A model generated the notes under the pieces. It had not been told where the DNA came from. It made no database searches and worked only from the letters and a program-made list of their open reading frames with translations. Shown here piece after piece: positions 37,139 through 47,227 of a stretch of 64,000 nt of DNA. Source of the DNA: an uncultured virus (IMG/VR IMGVR_UViG_3300022200_000036) (taxonomy: Duplodnaviria; Heunggongvirae; Uroviricota; Caudoviricetes); IMG/VR virus record IMGVR_UViG_3300022200_000036. The stretch is one strand, 5' to 3'. Position 1 is the first letter of the stretch; the number at the start of each line of letters is the position of its first letter. The position numbers and the translations under genes are program-made.

Positions 37139-37456
37139 TTAGCGCATCCTAATCTCGACACGCGGCAAGAAATTTGTTACCATGTTCCAAGACCATTGAA
37201 CTCCTGTAACAATTCCGCAGGAAAGCAGTAGTACAAGCAACACTTCGGCAACGGTCAAATTACGTCGCACATAAATAACTTGTGGTTGCGGCTGAGGGAT
37301 TTGCTGTTGTTGCGCAACGGCTTGTTGGATTGCTACTTGCCTGGCACGTGCTTTCAACTCAGCCAACTGCTCGGGTGTGATCTGACCTTCTAAGGAAATC
37401 TGCTGGGGCGGCTGCTGAGCTACAGGAGCCTGGCTCGGCGGGATTTGTTCTTCCAT
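37139..37456 (-). CDS. Gln/Pro-rich membrane protein
   Basis: One TM segment VLLVLLLSCGIVTGV. Confidence 0.7.
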   Translation of the reverse strand: MEEQIPPSQAPVAQQPPQQISLEGQITPEQLAELKARARQVAIQQAVAQQQQIPQPQPQVIYVRRNLTVAEVLLVLLLSCGIVTGVQWSWNMVTNFLPRVEIRMR

Positions 37457-37508
37457 GGTCACAAAAGTTTTGCTTACAGATTAGCATCTAAACAAACGGT
37501 GTGACGTT

Positions 37509-37919
37509 ATGCAGTACGGATTACGTAAAAGTCTTGAAGACATTGCGTATGAGCTAAGAGGAATCAAGAATATCCTTAGCTCTATGTGGCACAGCCGCTA
37601 CAAAAATGGTGATACAGACCTGACGAACCCTGAGTCTCTTGCTGATGAGTACATCTCAACAGAAGAATGCGGAAGGCGTTTAGGTGTCTCAGATCAAACC
37701 ATCCGCAATTGGATGGCAATTGGCAGGAAAGATCCTGAAAAAGGCTGGGTAGAAGGTATTCACTATGTCAACGTCTCTCCAGATGTCAACCGCAAGGCTG
37801 TTATCCGCATCCCCTGGACGCGACTAATCCATTCCTTTGCACGCAATACGGACATTGAAATCAAAAATATCCGCAGCCGCTATGACTTATATAAGACGCA
37901 AAAGGAAATTTTGGAATAA
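37509..37919 (+). CDS. Helix-turn-helix DNA-binding protein (excisionase-like)
   Basis: YISTEECGRRLGVSDQTIRNW...W.EG.HY. Confidence 0.75.
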   Translation: MQYGLRKSLEDIAYELRGIKNILSSMWHSRYKNGDTDLTNPESLADEYISTEECGRRLGVSDQTIRNWMAIGRKDPEKGWVEGIHYVNVSPDVNRKAVIRIPWTRLIHSFARNTDIEIKNIRSRYDLYKTQKEILE

Positions 37920-38386
37920 TGGCTCATCGCTTCCAGGGAATTGATATTAGTTCAGTAACGATTGAGAACTATGATGAGCTGTTGCCAGAATCATTGGCGA
38001 ACCAGGTGTTTGACTTCTTACCGCCAAGTGGTTCTTTCGATGACGGGTGCCTGCGCCGCTATCTAGAAAATTTAAAAAACTATGAAGAAGAAGACACCAA
38101 CTCTGGCATGACGCTGGCCAATAGATTACGTCTTGCTTTCCGTAACCTGGAACCAGATACGATCTGTGGCAAGTTTCCATCAGCAGAGTTGCCTCTTAAG
38201 CGGCGGTTGCGATGTGTAGCCGAATATCTAATTCGGTCTGGAGAATTTGATAAAGTACGAGATGAAGATGGCAAACTCATCAAGAAACGCGGCGTACTTG
38301 GCAAGTTGGTAGTCATGTACAAACCAACGCCAAAGCTGCTGGAATCTTTACACCGCCAAGGATTGCTTAAGAATGAATCGACGTGA
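37919..38386 (+). CDS. Hypothetical protein
   Basis: 155-aa coupled ORF. Confidence 0.7.
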   Translation: MAHRFQGIDISSVTIENYDELLPESLANQVFDFLPPSGSFDDGCLRRYLENLKNYEEEDTNSGMTLANRLRLAFRNLEPDTICGKFPSAELPLKRRLRCVAEYLIRSGEFDKVRDEDGKLIKKRGVLGKLVVMYKPTPKLLESLHRQGLLKNEST

Positions 38387-38756
38387 AAAACTGATTGCTT
38401 CTGTGATTGGTCCAGAGATGGACGAAACGAAAGCAAAGATGCTTGATGCCACCATAAAGTTAATTCTTGGTGACATGGGTGAGCAGTACTGCAAGATGTG
38501 GGAGGTTGAAGGCCCAGGTGTCATGGTGTTCCAGCCCAAAAACAAAGAGAGGTCAATGTTCTTTTGGACACTAAAAGAAATCCATACTGCACAAGAAGAT
38601 TGTGAACGTAATAATGACGGAGATTTAGCGGAAACATTCCGTCGTATTCTCCAGGCTGCACAAAAAATTGATCCAACGGAAAAGGCAGGTTACATCATCA
38701 ACGATGATGATGGAATCCGTTTCATAGAAATTGATTACAACAAGGAGGCGGCATGA
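38373..38756 (+). CDS. Hypothetical protein
   Basis: 127-aa coupled ORF. Confidence 0.7.
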   Translation: MNRREKLIASVIGPEMDETKAKMLDATIKLILGDMGEQYCKMWEVEGPGVMVFQPKNKERSMFFWTLKEIHTAQEDCERNNDGDLAETFRRILQAAQKIDPTEKAGYIINDDDGIRFIEIDYNKEAA

Positions 38757-39373
38757 CGGAAGACCTTGAAAACAAAGTAGATAATCGCGTCATTCGTGGC
38801 AATTCATCTCGTATTGAAGGCAGGGAGTATATCACTAATCAAGACCTTGTGCTAGCAGCTAATGAGCTATTGGGTGGCATCGATCTTGATGTGGCTAGCT
38901 CAAAGGTTGCTAATGAGTACGTCCAAGCGAATGAGTTTTACAGCCCACAGGATGATGGGTTGAATTGCCAACAGTGGTACGGAAGCTGCTACTTGTTCCC
39001 ACCATCGGGTGCGTACTACTGGGATAAAGAGAGCCAACGGTGGAAGATGACAAGGGCATCGTCACCAAGTTTGACATCGTCTCATGCCGTATGGTTTAGA
39101 CGGATGTACCATGCGTGGCTAGCAAATGAAATTAAGCAGGGGCTGTATTTCAGCAACTGTCCTGACATGATTCGTTATGAGCCTAAGATCTTTAAGTTCC
39201 CAATGTGCATTCTTAAAACTGTCCCCACACTGTTAAGTCACGAGGGCGGTGAGATTAAGAAAAAACAAACGTGCACTTCTTTTGTTGTCTACTTTCCACC
39301 CCAGGATTCTGCTGGAGATGCTGTGGAGCATTTTCAAAAAATCTATGAAGAACGTGGGCATCTTCTCTTGTAA
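38753..39373 (+). CDS. DNA N6-adenine methyltransferase-like protein with an atypical catalytic motif
   Basis: IDLDVASS..AN..V.A..FY...DDGL...W.G.. followed by FPPS where NPPY is expected. Confidence 0.65.
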   Translation: MTEDLENKVDNRVIRGNSSRIEGREYITNQDLVLAANELLGGIDLDVASSKVANEYVQANEFYSPQDDGLNCQQWYGSCYLFPPSGAYYWDKESQRWKMTRASSPSLTSSHAVWFRRMYHAWLANEIKQGLYFSNCPDMIRYEPKIFKFPMCILKTVPTLLSHEGGEIKKKQTCTSFVVYFPPQDSAGDAVEHFQKIYEERGHLLL

Positions 39374-39406
39374 TCTCGGTATACTAAAGGACGATTAAGA
39401 GGATTT

Positions 39407-39994
39407 ATGAGCGTCCTGGCCGATTGGGAGATCAAGCAACTTGCGGAAGAAGAAGAGATGATTTCACCTTTTGTTGATCACCTGGTCAACAAAGAAAATG
39501 ATCGCAAACTTCTTAGTTATGGCCTTAGCTCATACGGTTATGATATCCGGCTGTCTCCCAAGCAATGCTTAATTTTTGGTAAGGTGCAAGCTGGGGATTG
39601 TGATCCAAAAGACTTTGATCCTGCCATTCTCAAGCCCGCTGATCTCTTGGAGGACGAACGTGGTCAGTACTTCCTGCTTCCTCCGTACGGCTATTGTCTC
39701 GGTGTTGCGCAAGAGCGTCTAAAGCTCCCTCGGGATGTCACTGTCGTCGCCGTAGGCAAATCTACTTATGCGCGTTCTGGCATCCTTGTGAACATCACGC
39801 CTGCTGAAAGTGGCTGGGAAGGCTACCTAACGCTAGAGATTAGCAATTGCACTGCGCTCTTCAATCGTATCTATGCGAATGAGGGGATTACGCAACTACT
39901 GTTCTATCGTGGTAACCCTTGCCATACCACGTACCAAGATCGAAAGGGTAAATACCAAGACCAACCAAACAACGTGGTATTCTCCCAGGTTTAA
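39407..39994 (+). CDS. dcd: dCTP deaminase
   Basis: SYGLSSYGYDIR; GKSTYARSG...TPAE.GWEG.LTLEISN; Y..RKGKYQ.Q. Confidence 0.95.
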   Translation: MSVLADWEIKQLAEEEEMISPFVDHLVNKENDRKLLSYGLSSYGYDIRLSPKQCLIFGKVQAGDCDPKDFDPAILKPADLLEDERGQYFLLPPYGYCLGVAQERLKLPRDVTVVAVGKSTYARSGILVNITPAESGWEGYLTLEISNCTALFNRIYANEGITQLLFYRGNPCHTTYQDRKGKYQDQPNNVVFSQV

Positions 39995-40317
39995 CCAAAC
40001 GGTTTGCCGGCCTGTAAGGTGGGTTTGCGAGCGTAACCAACAGATCCCGCACGCCCACCTGAATCACCAGACGTAGCACTGGTCGGTTCACGGACTAAGT
40101 TGCGTTTTTTGTATTCGCCAGCGGATCTAGCTGCACGCATAAATTTGGCAACACGATTTTGATCCCTGTTTACAGATTCGGCCGCTCCACGGGAGTCTTC
40201 TGACAGACGACGCATGTCTGTGTCGTACGCCTGTTCCGGGTTGAGATCTGATACCTCAGCTCCAGAGGTACCAGAGTCAACACCTGGATCGTAAGTAGGT
40301 CTAAATCTGTTAGCCAT
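39991..40317 (-). CDS. Hypothetical protein
   Basis: 108-aa ORF. Confidence 0.65.
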   Translation of the reverse strand: MANRFRPTYDPGVDSGTSGAEVSDLNPEQAYDTDMRRLSEDSRGAAESVNRDQNRVAKFMRAARSAGEYKKRNLVREPTSATSGDSGGRAGSVGYARKPTLQAGKPFG

Positions 40318-40352
40318 AATAGAATTATAGGAACAGTAAATCGATTAAACCC

Positions 40353-40697
40353 GTGATGCATTCCGCTGCCGGATTTTTAGATTCGTTCGTGCAGGATGAA
40401 TTAAAGTGCCGTTGTCTTAGTGAAGAAGATTTCGGTCAACCTCTCGCCAATGAGGAAAATGACGTACCATTGTATGACATGTACAATCGTGGTTTAGTCG
40501 CATGCGAGCAGGGACTAGAAAGGAATCCATTGAATCTCGAGGGGGCACGGCCCGGAACGACTGGTTTAATCCCATCGATGGAGGAGGGCTTAGCAATGGG
40601 AGCCTCTCCGAAACCGAAAGCACTGGTCCTGGAGCTGGAGGAACCGGACGAGGAAGAACTGATGCTTTCAGCAAAGCGGAGGGGCTTGAGCCGGTAA
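40353..40697 (+). CDS. Hypothetical acidic protein
   Basis: 114-aa ORF with an upstream TAGAAT. Confidence 0.6.
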   Translation: MMHSAAGFLDSFVQDELKCRCLSEEDFGQPLANEENDVPLYDMYNRGLVACEQGLERNPLNLEGARPGTTGLIPSMEEGLAMGASPKPKALVLELEEPDEEELMLSAKRRGLSR

Positions 40698-40714
40698 GTA
40701 CTGTTGTTGACGCA

Positions 40715-41005
40715 ATGGAGTGCCCTGGTGGCGTATGCCCTGTTCCCTGGGCCACCAAAGAAGAGCCTCCGGTGATCCAGGAAGATGTCGTCAATCATCC
40801 GTCTCATTACACTGACGGCGGAATTGAATGCATCGAAGCCATCGAAGCGCAGCTGACCGTAGAAGAGTACCGAGGCTATCTAAAGGGTAATGTCGCCAAG
40901 TACGGGTGGCGTGAGCGCCATAAAGGCGGGACAGAATCACTGAAGAAGGCAAGGTGGTACCTGGATCGTCTTATTCAACTGGATGAAACGCTTCAGAACG
41001 GCTGA
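40715..41005 (+). CDS. DUF3310 family protein
   Basis: DVVNHPSHY..GGIECIEAI...GYLKGN..KY..R...KGG.ESLKKARWYL. Confidence 0.88.
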   Translation: MECPGGVCPVPWATKEEPPVIQEDVVNHPSHYTDGGIECIEAIEAQLTVEEYRGYLKGNVAKYGWRERHKGGTESLKKARWYLDRLIQLDETLQNG

Positions 41006-41283
41006 AGGTCATCGTCATCGTCCCCGTCGTCGTCATAACCACAGGCGGCGGCGAGTTCGGCCAGTTCCAAATCCGTTGGATAGTCCCAATCCACTTCAAT
41101 GTTTTCGGACGCCATGATTGCTTTGATTGCCTCCCATTCCATCATGCGTTGATGGAACAGATTAAGCAAAGCAAAACGGAGTTGTTCCCAGGTCATTTCC
41201 TCTGACTGCAGCTCTGCTTTACGCATTGCGAATTGCAGTTCAAGAGGCAGTTCAAATTCCTGTGGCTCTACAGAACGCTCCAT
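40993..41283 (-). CDS. nblA: NblA-like phycobilisome degradation protein
   Basis: ELPLELQFAMRKAELQSEEMTWEQLRFALLNLFHQRMMEWEAIKAIM fits L.LEQ.F..R......M..EQ...L..L..Q.M; acidic tail. Confidence 0.65.
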   Translation of the reverse strand: MERSVEPQEFELPLELQFAMRKAELQSEEMTWEQLRFALLNLFHQRMMEWEAIKAIMASENIEVDWDYPTDLELAELAAACGYDDDGDDDDDLQPF

Positions 41284-41313
41284 TCCACTTTGCATTTGCT
41301 CGTTGCAGCTATT

Positions 41314-41979
41314 CTAATCGTAGCGTTCAAATTCACTATCGACGTCATCCAGCTCAAAATCTGGGAAGGGATCGTCGTCAATCCTGAAGTTATTGGCAAA
41401 TTCTGAAAGTATGTAAGGACTAACGCGTTCTTCCAGGGTACGGATAGCACGTACCTCGTGGGGAGCAGCGGTGTAGTTGCGGAATGCAGTGAGAAGGATT
41501 TCTGTCGAGGCCCAGGGGTTGGCATCCACTTCTTGGAGGAACAGGTTCATTTCTTCCCTGCGGCGGTCCAGAAGGCCACCAATGACTTTGTGATCTTCGT
41601 TAAAGATCCACCTGCCAATTTCATCAGTGGCACCCGAGAAGTTTTCCACTTCTAAGCAGTCGATAATACGACTGTAAAGAAAGGGTTCCCACCCGATGGA
41701 ATGAATAAAGGATACCAAGGCTTGACGCATGTGGTCATCAAGGCCGAGGTTGAGTTTTAACAGTTGCGCTTCGATGATATTGACTTCATGAAATAAGTAT
41801 TCCAGTGCTTTTTCTTGGCTGCAATACTGGCCTTGTCTGACGGGAGAACCATCGGGATAAAACTGAGTTCCAAACCCGATGGTGTATGGTTCTCCACCTG
41901 AGCACGGATCTGGATATGCCTTTTCGCTAAACCCTTCGTATTTACGAATGAGGTTAATTGCGTGCGAAAGATCCGACAT
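41314..41979 (-). CDS. GH24 phage lysozyme
   Basis: IRKYEGF...AYPDP......TIGFG...ALVSF...GLLDRRREE. Confidence 0.85.
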   Translation of the reverse strand: MSDLSHAINLIRKYEGFSEKAYPDPCSGGEPYTIGFGTQFYPDGSPVRQGQYCSQEKALEYLFHEVNIIEAQLLKLNLGLDDHMRQALVSFIHSIGWEPFLYSRIIDCLEVENFSGATDEIGRWIFNEDHKVIGGLLDRRREEMNLFLQEVDANPWASTEILLTAFRNYTAAPHEVRAIRTLEERVSPYILSEFANNFRIDDDPFPDFELDDVDSEFERYD

Positions 41980-42016
41980 AGGAGTAACTATTATTACTCC
42001 CAATCATACATACTTT

Positions 42017-42139
42017 TTATTTGCCTTGACCACGACTTAACTTACGTCCGTGGTTAGGACGTGAGTGTTTGCCGTCTCCTTGATTTGTCTTCTTAGGCTT
42101 GGACTCAATTTGGAGTGCGGTGGACTTTGGTTTTGCCAT
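42017..42139 (-). CDS. Small basic peptide; not in the ORF track
   Basis: MAKPKSTALQIESKPKKTNQGDGKHSRPNHGRKLSRGQGK. Confidence 0.55.
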   Translation of the reverse strand: MAKPKSTALQIESKPKKTNQGDGKHSRPNHGRKLSRGQGK

Positions 42140-42165
42140 TGCCAGTGGAGTAAGACAAGGTTATC

Positions 42166-42387
42166 TTAGTCGATAGAACCCGTTCGTGCAGCCTGCATAA
42201 TTGCCGCCTTTACTTCAGGAGAGTAGTTTGACGACGCAACATCTGCGGTTGAAAAAGGGTATTGAAAATCTAAGAGTGCACTTCTAAGCCCAGGATCAGA
42301 AACCTCTGTGGCCAAACGCTGCATTGTATTTTGATCTGGAAATACATTTGGTGTATAGCCAGTTGCATACTTGCCTGCTAATTTCAT
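42166..42387 (-). CDS. Hypothetical protein (N-terminal LAGKY)
   Basis: 73-aa ORF. Confidence 0.6.
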   Translation of the reverse strand: MKLAGKYATGYTPNVFPDQNTMQRLATEVSDPGLRSALLDFQYPFSTADVASSNYSPEVKAAIMQAARTGSID

Positions 42388-42391
42388 AATT

Positions 42392-42691
42392 TTACCACTT
42401 TACGCGATGGCTCCAGTATCGAGCTGACATCTTATCGGGATTTGGATCTTGTGCGTTATGCCGAGCGTAGTAGGATTTCTTCCGTGCTTTATCCTTGGCT
42501 GATGTTGGGTTTTTGCCAGCGCCCTTCACGCCTTGTTGGCCAAAGCGAATGATCTTTTCTTCACCTCCCTCGCAAGCCTTGACGACGTGGCTTTTGGTCG
42601 GATGGCCAGGTGTCTTGCGGGGTTTGTTACACTCCATCGAATCTTTATGTATTTTGGCAGCCTTAGCTGCTTTCTTGCGTTTATCAGACAT
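42392..42691 (-). CDS. Conserved basic phage protein
   Basis: KSHVVKAC..G.EK.IRFGQQG...RK.SY.ARH...SA.YWS..KW. Confidence 0.75.
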   Translation of the reverse strand: MSDKRKKAAKAAKIHKDSMECNKPRKTPGHPTKSHVVKACEGGEEKIIRFGQQGVKGAGKNPTSAKDKARKKSYYARHNAQDPNPDKMSARYWSHRVKW

Positions 42692-44916
42692 CAGATAGAG
42701 CCAAGCAACGATCCAAAGCTACTTCCTGTACCCATATTAAAATAGGAAGGCGCACCTTCATCTTCTTCATCTTCAAAATACTTAAAGTAAGTAGAACGCT
42801 TGGGTGTATAAGTCTCTGCTTTGCTTGTGTCGTCTGTATCAAGCATTGAACCCAGTGACCCAATGGCTGCAAAAGGATCTGACATATCTGGCATACTAAA
42901 GCCCAAGAGGCTCATAGCACCTTCTTTTGTGGAAGCTTTTCCAACATCAGCTGCACTTAAACTCTTATCTTCTTCTGTTGCATCAGGAAAAAACTCTGTA
43001 TAGAATTCTGATTCCGTTCCGCCATAACCAGCTTTCTTAAAGACGTTAAACAGTGCGCTTCCGCCAGCGGGCGGTGTAATTTCCTCGTCTGTATCACGCT
43101 GGATATATCCGTACCCAAGTTCTTTCTGTGTTGGTTTAATGCGTTGTTCATTGAGCTGACGGATACGTTCTCGCATCTCAGCCGCCGGATCAGTGCTCAA
43201 AATTTGAGTCAAGGCTTCTTTGATCTGATCAACTGGATTATCCTTGGTACTCATGCCAAGTCCTTTAAGTCTATCTTGAAGCTCAGGAGATAAACCAGCA
43301 ACATTCATCTTGTCAACAAGCTCTGCTGCCTTGGATTCAGCAGATACAAACTCAGCAAAAATTGGGTTGCCAAAGGACGCCTTCTCACTTTCCAATGCTT
43401 TGGCTAGATCATTCTGAATAAAATCAGCTAAGTCTTGTCGTGTATAGGTGTCTGCAACAGGGTCATATCCTTTGTTTTTCCCAAGAACTTGATAGTGCAG
43501 CCGAGCAAAATCATCCTTATTGTTTAAATCAACTCCATATTCATATGCTAATTGGTTCCATGTTTTACCATCGGTTACTGCTTGGTCTGATTCGCGTGCA
43601 TCCCAAGCTGATTGCACATTTTCCTTCTGTTGTTGGTAAAGGCTTTGCTTGGAAGTTACATCTGTACCAGAAATTAGTTCGGGGTTCCAATAAAATTTAG
43701 GATCAAACTCTTTCGTTGTGGATGCTGTACGTAAGCCATCGATATACGTCTGTGCTTGTTTATTGGCAAAGTCTTTTAAAGCACTAGAAACCAACTGTGT
43801 CTGAAGAACGTTTTGCTCATCTTCTTTTACATCCATATAACTGATGAATTCAGTAATTGACTTAGATGTGTCAAAGCGAGGCTTCAAGTAATCATTGACA
43901 AAATCATTAACAAATTTTTGTTCAAGTGCATATGTTTTTTGCGCATCTTCCGGATCCGCAATTTCACTCATGTTTTTGTATCGTTCTGCCAGGGTTTCAT
44001 CAAACCACTTCTGCCAGTTATAAGAGACAGAAGAGCCCATACCAAGACTCTTGTCAAGGCTTTCGGAGAGTCCTTTACCAAATTTGGAGTCTTTACTTAG
44101 GCTAAGGAAACCACCACCGCCAAGATCACCAAGGATTGCATTCTTGATATCGGACTTAAAGTCAGTGACATTAGGCATCCCCATCCCCTGGAGGATGTCT
44201 GCCATCTGCTCTTGTTTAATTGCACGTTTATATTCGTCTAGTGTTTGTTTTAAAACATCAGTCGTTAAAGCGCCAAACGCCCGCTCACCTTGCTTGTCAA
44301 CAAAATCTTGTGTGGCCAACTCGGCCAATGACTCAGGCTTGTCTGCCGTTTTACCTAAAATTGTTTCTCTTAAAATTTGTTGTTCTTGATTTGTCGGAGC
44401 TCTCAGCGTTTCTGTGTACGTATCAAATTCTCTTTTAGTACCAGGTAGTCCACTTGGCGCGCCAACAAAAGTATAGTCTGAGTGAAGATAATCGTCTAAT
44501 GTTGTGTACGTACGCGTAATATCTACGTCAGGAATTTTTTTGCCGCCGAAAGAAACACTTTTTGATGCGTCCTTCCAGCTTTGTACTTTATCTGGCACCA
44601 GACCAGAATAAAATTTTGAGTCAAACTTGGTGATATCAGAGCCTTGCTTGCTTGAATCCCAAGGTTTGATTCCGGCTGCTTTCACATAAAAATCTTCAAT
44701 CTCTTTAATTGTTTGGTCATCAACGTAATCTTTGTAGTAATAATTACCTTTGGACAACTGCTCATCCAAGGCTTTCATTAAAGACTTGTAATCTGTTACG
44801 CCAGTAGAAACACCATTAAGCCTATTGGCAATCTCTTTGGCAATATAATTTTGTGTTGAGTTACCTTGTTCCTCGATGGGAACAAGATTTCCATTCTGCA
44901 CTTCAAATCGAATCAT
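42691..44916 (-). CDS. Large putative internal virion/ejection protein
   Basis: 741-aa helical ORF with internal FD.KFY repeats. Confidence 0.7.
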   Translation of the reverse strand: MIRFEVQNGNLVPIEEQGNSTQNYIAKEIANRLNGVSTGVTDYKSLMKALDEQLSKGNYYYKDYVDDQTIKEIEDFYVKAAGIKPWDSSKQGSDITKFDSKFYSGLVPDKVQSWKDASKSVSFGGKKIPDVDITRTYTTLDDYLHSDYTFVGAPSGLPGTKREFDTYTETLRAPTNQEQQILRETILGKTADKPESLAELATQDFVDKQGERAFGALTTDVLKQTLDEYKRAIKQEQMADILQGMGMPNVTDFKSDIKNAILGDLGGGGFLSLSKDSKFGKGLSESLDKSLGMGSSVSYNWQKWFDETLAERYKNMSEIADPEDAQKTYALEQKFVNDFVNDYLKPRFDTSKSITEFISYMDVKEDEQNVLQTQLVSSALKDFANKQAQTYIDGLRTASTTKEFDPKFYWNPELISGTDVTSKQSLYQQQKENVQSAWDARESDQAVTDGKTWNQLAYEYGVDLNNKDDFARLHYQVLGKNKGYDPVADTYTRQDLADFIQNDLAKALESEKASFGNPIFAEFVSAESKAAELVDKMNVAGLSPELQDRLKGLGMSTKDNPVDQIKEALTQILSTDPAAEMRERIRQLNEQRIKPTQKELGYGYIQRDTDEEITPPAGGSALFNVFKKAGYGGTESEFYTEFFPDATEEDKSLSAADVGKASTKEGAMSLLGFSMPDMSDPFAAIGSLGSMLDTDDTSKAETYTPKRSTYFKYFEDEEDEGAPSYFNMGTGSSFGSLLGSI

Positions 44917-45269
44917 GACGCTTCTTTGTCCCTGTAGAGTTCAATTACGTTAAAACTGCCGGGCTCCATCCAAGCTTTTATTCTATCTAGGTTTTCTTGA
45001 CTAAAGAAACTTTGTTTTAAGTACCAGGCTTCCATTTCACTGGAGCCTTTATTTGCATTGCATCTCTTACATGCGGGAATGAGGTTATGCCGATTAGAGC
45101 AGCCAGATTTAAACCGTGGAATAATATGATCAAGGCTTGTTGCCTTTTCACCGCAATAACCACATTGATAATCCCAGGTTTGGTATATGCTTTCTCTGAA
45201 TCGTTTTTTAGCAAGTTTTGGTGTTAATTCAACTAGCAGGGCAAGGGGCTCGTGCTGGCTGCAAAACAT
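44913..45269 (-). CDS. HNH endonuclease (McrA-like)
   Basis: CGYCG...LDHIIP...G.....NL.PAC..CN..K. Confidence 0.9.
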   Translation of the reverse strand: MFCSQHEPLALLVELTPKLAKKRFRESIYQTWDYQCGYCGEKATSLDHIIPRFKSGCSNRHNLIPACKRCNANKGSSEMEAWYLKQSFFSQENLDRIKAWMEPGSFNVIELYRDKEAS

Positions 45270-45404
45270 GCTTTTCAATTGCCGTTAACTCATTCTAAAT
45301 TCTCCAAACAGTTGCTGGACAAACCAAAGAGATAAAGAAATGCTGACAAATCTTGACATACGATTTGTTTTGTGTACTGTGTATAAGTAGCTACTGCCAG
45401 CTTC

Positions 45405-45623
45405 ATGGCCAAACACCCCGGTTGGGTATCTGCCCAAAAACTCGAAGAACTCTTGGGCATTGACAAGAAGACACTCTTTAAGTACCGCGACGACGGTACG
45501 CTAAAGCTTGGCCCCCATTATGCCGCATTCCCTGAGACGCGTTCCAGAGATAGCTATCGATGGAATGTAACAGCAGTACGGAAAGCACTGACAAAACAAG
45601 GTATGATGCCTGTGGCCGCCTGA
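45405..45623 (+). CDS. Small HTH DNA-binding protein (excisionase-like)
   Basis: WVSAQKL.ELLGID.KTL.KYR...LK.G.HY...YRWN; TTGACA and TACTGT promoter-like hexamers upstream. Confidence 0.7.
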   Translation: MAKHPGWVSAQKLEELLGIDKKTLFKYRDDGTLKLGPHYAAFPETRSRDSYRWNVTAVRKALTKQGMMPVAA

Positions 45624-45647
45624 GAACCGGTCACTATGGACGAGGGG

Positions 45648-45676
45648 AGCAGTCCTTGCGCAAGGGCTGCTTTTTT
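45648..45676 (+). terminator. Intrinsic terminator
   Basis: GCAGTCCTTG/CAAGGGCTGC stem followed by TTTTTT. Confidence 0.7.
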
Positions 45677-47225
45677 ATGGGCTATAGGGGATGCCGTTTT
45701 TATCAAACATCGTAAAGTTTTGAATCTCAATGCGGTCTGTAGCAAAGTTGAACAGACGTTGAAGCATTGGAAAAATCATTGGCGATTGGCAATTGTAAGG
45801 AGGTACATCCATCTTTGCGAGCGCATTTTTTGTCTGTCTAAACTCACGTAAACTCTCTTGTTCTTTTTCGGATTTTGCAACCAAGGCCTGTTCCCAAGCT
45901 GCCATGCTTCCTATGCCAACCGGAAAATCGGATGGCTCAGGAGGAAAAACATTGTCTCTAAATTTCAAGGCATAGATATGTTTGCAGTAACGCAGTTCAT
46001 CCAGCAGAGGCGTCCAACTATCGTCGACAGCCGTAATAGTAATCTGCTCAACCGAGTCCTTGTCCGTGGTCTGTGTAACAGATGTGTAATCATTGTATGT
46101 TGGCATGCCTTCTGAACGAGAGCCTGCGACTGCAATATCAGACGTACCCCTGGTATACGTCGAGCCAAACTCTCGATAAACCCCAGGGTTGTCTCTTGCT
46201 ACGTTAAAGCCAGTTGCGGCTGAATCTGTAACCTCATAGTCAAGACCAAAACCATCAGGAGAGATAACCTCAAGGGATCTGTTTTGATCCCTAGGTGTCA
46301 TTGCCCGATTGTCAAGGATCCCATCACGTTTTGTTAGCTCAAACCTACCTGGTTTTATATTTGCCAATCCTGTACGAGGAAACTGCTTGTTATTGCTGGC
46401 CGTCATTCCCGATAAGAAGGAATAATCCCGGCGCGTAAAATCTTGGCAAGTACAACAGTACCTAGATCCAGTGATCAAATACCTTCCAGGCGTAAAACTA
46501 ACAGGAGAAGGGGTGACGAAAACGGAGTCGGGAGTGACCTGCACTGAACCTGCCTTCTTAAAAGTCAGCACTCCTGTGTTTTGATCTATGGCCACTACAA
46601 CCGCCTGAACGTAGCCATATCTTTTTTGAGTTTCCGGATTAATAGTGTCTTTATCAATAATCTCGCCATCAACAGTAATTATTCGATCTTCAAAAATTTC
46701 CGTATTAGCTGGTTTGGTTCCGTTTGGCTGTCCTGAAACTGAAATAAAAAAAGGCGGAGGAAGTGGGTTGGTCGCGCTCCAGGTTCCCGCTAATTTTACA
46801 TACCAGTAGTTACTGTCTTCGGTGACTGATTCAATAAAAAGTTTTTGAGAGCTTACTGGATCCGTGAGTTGATCACAGCGCACAGAGCCTGCGTAACGCC
46901 AAATTGCCCAGTGCATTCCAAGCTCTTTGCTTGTTGTTGGATAGCCGACAAAAGCACCTGATACTACAGGCGTTGGGTTTCCGCTTGTTGTTGCATTAGG
47001 TATTTGATAACTGAATTCATAGCTGTAATCATTGTTGTAGCTAGAGGCAGTGGCAAGCTCATAGCCCCTTCTCCAACGGGACCAAGCAGACTCTCTGTTA
47101 ATAGTGTAAAGAGAATCTGGAACGGAGCCGCGAGAAAACTCTGTGCTTATAGGCTTTACGCCATTAGGTGCAGCTACTTCTGATTGATTAAAATTACCAA
47201 AAGAGCTTCCACTCTTCTTGGCCAT
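45675..47225 (-). CDS. Putative structural protein with a split SWIM-like Zn motif
   Basis: CCTCQDF ... YCKHIYA separated by ~150 aa. Confidence 0.65.
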   Translation of the reverse strand: MAKKSGSSFGNFNQSEVAAPNGVKPISTEFSRGSVPDSLYTINRESAWSRWRRGYELATASSYNNDYSYEFSYQIPNATTSGNPTPVVSGAFVGYPTTSKELGMHWAIWRYAGSVRCDQLTDPVSSQKLFIESVTEDSNYWYVKLAGTWSATNPLPPPFFISVSGQPNGTKPANTEIFEDRIITVDGEIIDKDTINPETQKRYGYVQAVVVAIDQNTGVLTFKKAGSVQVTPDSVFVTPSPVSFTPGRYLITGSRYCCTCQDFTRRDYSFLSGMTASNNKQFPRTGLANIKPGRFELTKRDGILDNRAMTPRDQNRSLEVISPDGFGLDYEVTDSAATGFNVARDNPGVYREFGSTYTRGTSDIAVAGSRSEGMPTYNDYTSVTQTTDKDSVEQITITAVDDSWTPLLDELRYCKHIYALKFRDNVFPPEPSDFPVGIGSMAAWEQALVAKSEKEQESLREFRQTKNALAKMDVPPYNCQSPMIFPMLQRLFNFATDRIEIQNFTMFDKNGIPYSP

Positions 47226-47227
47226 AA

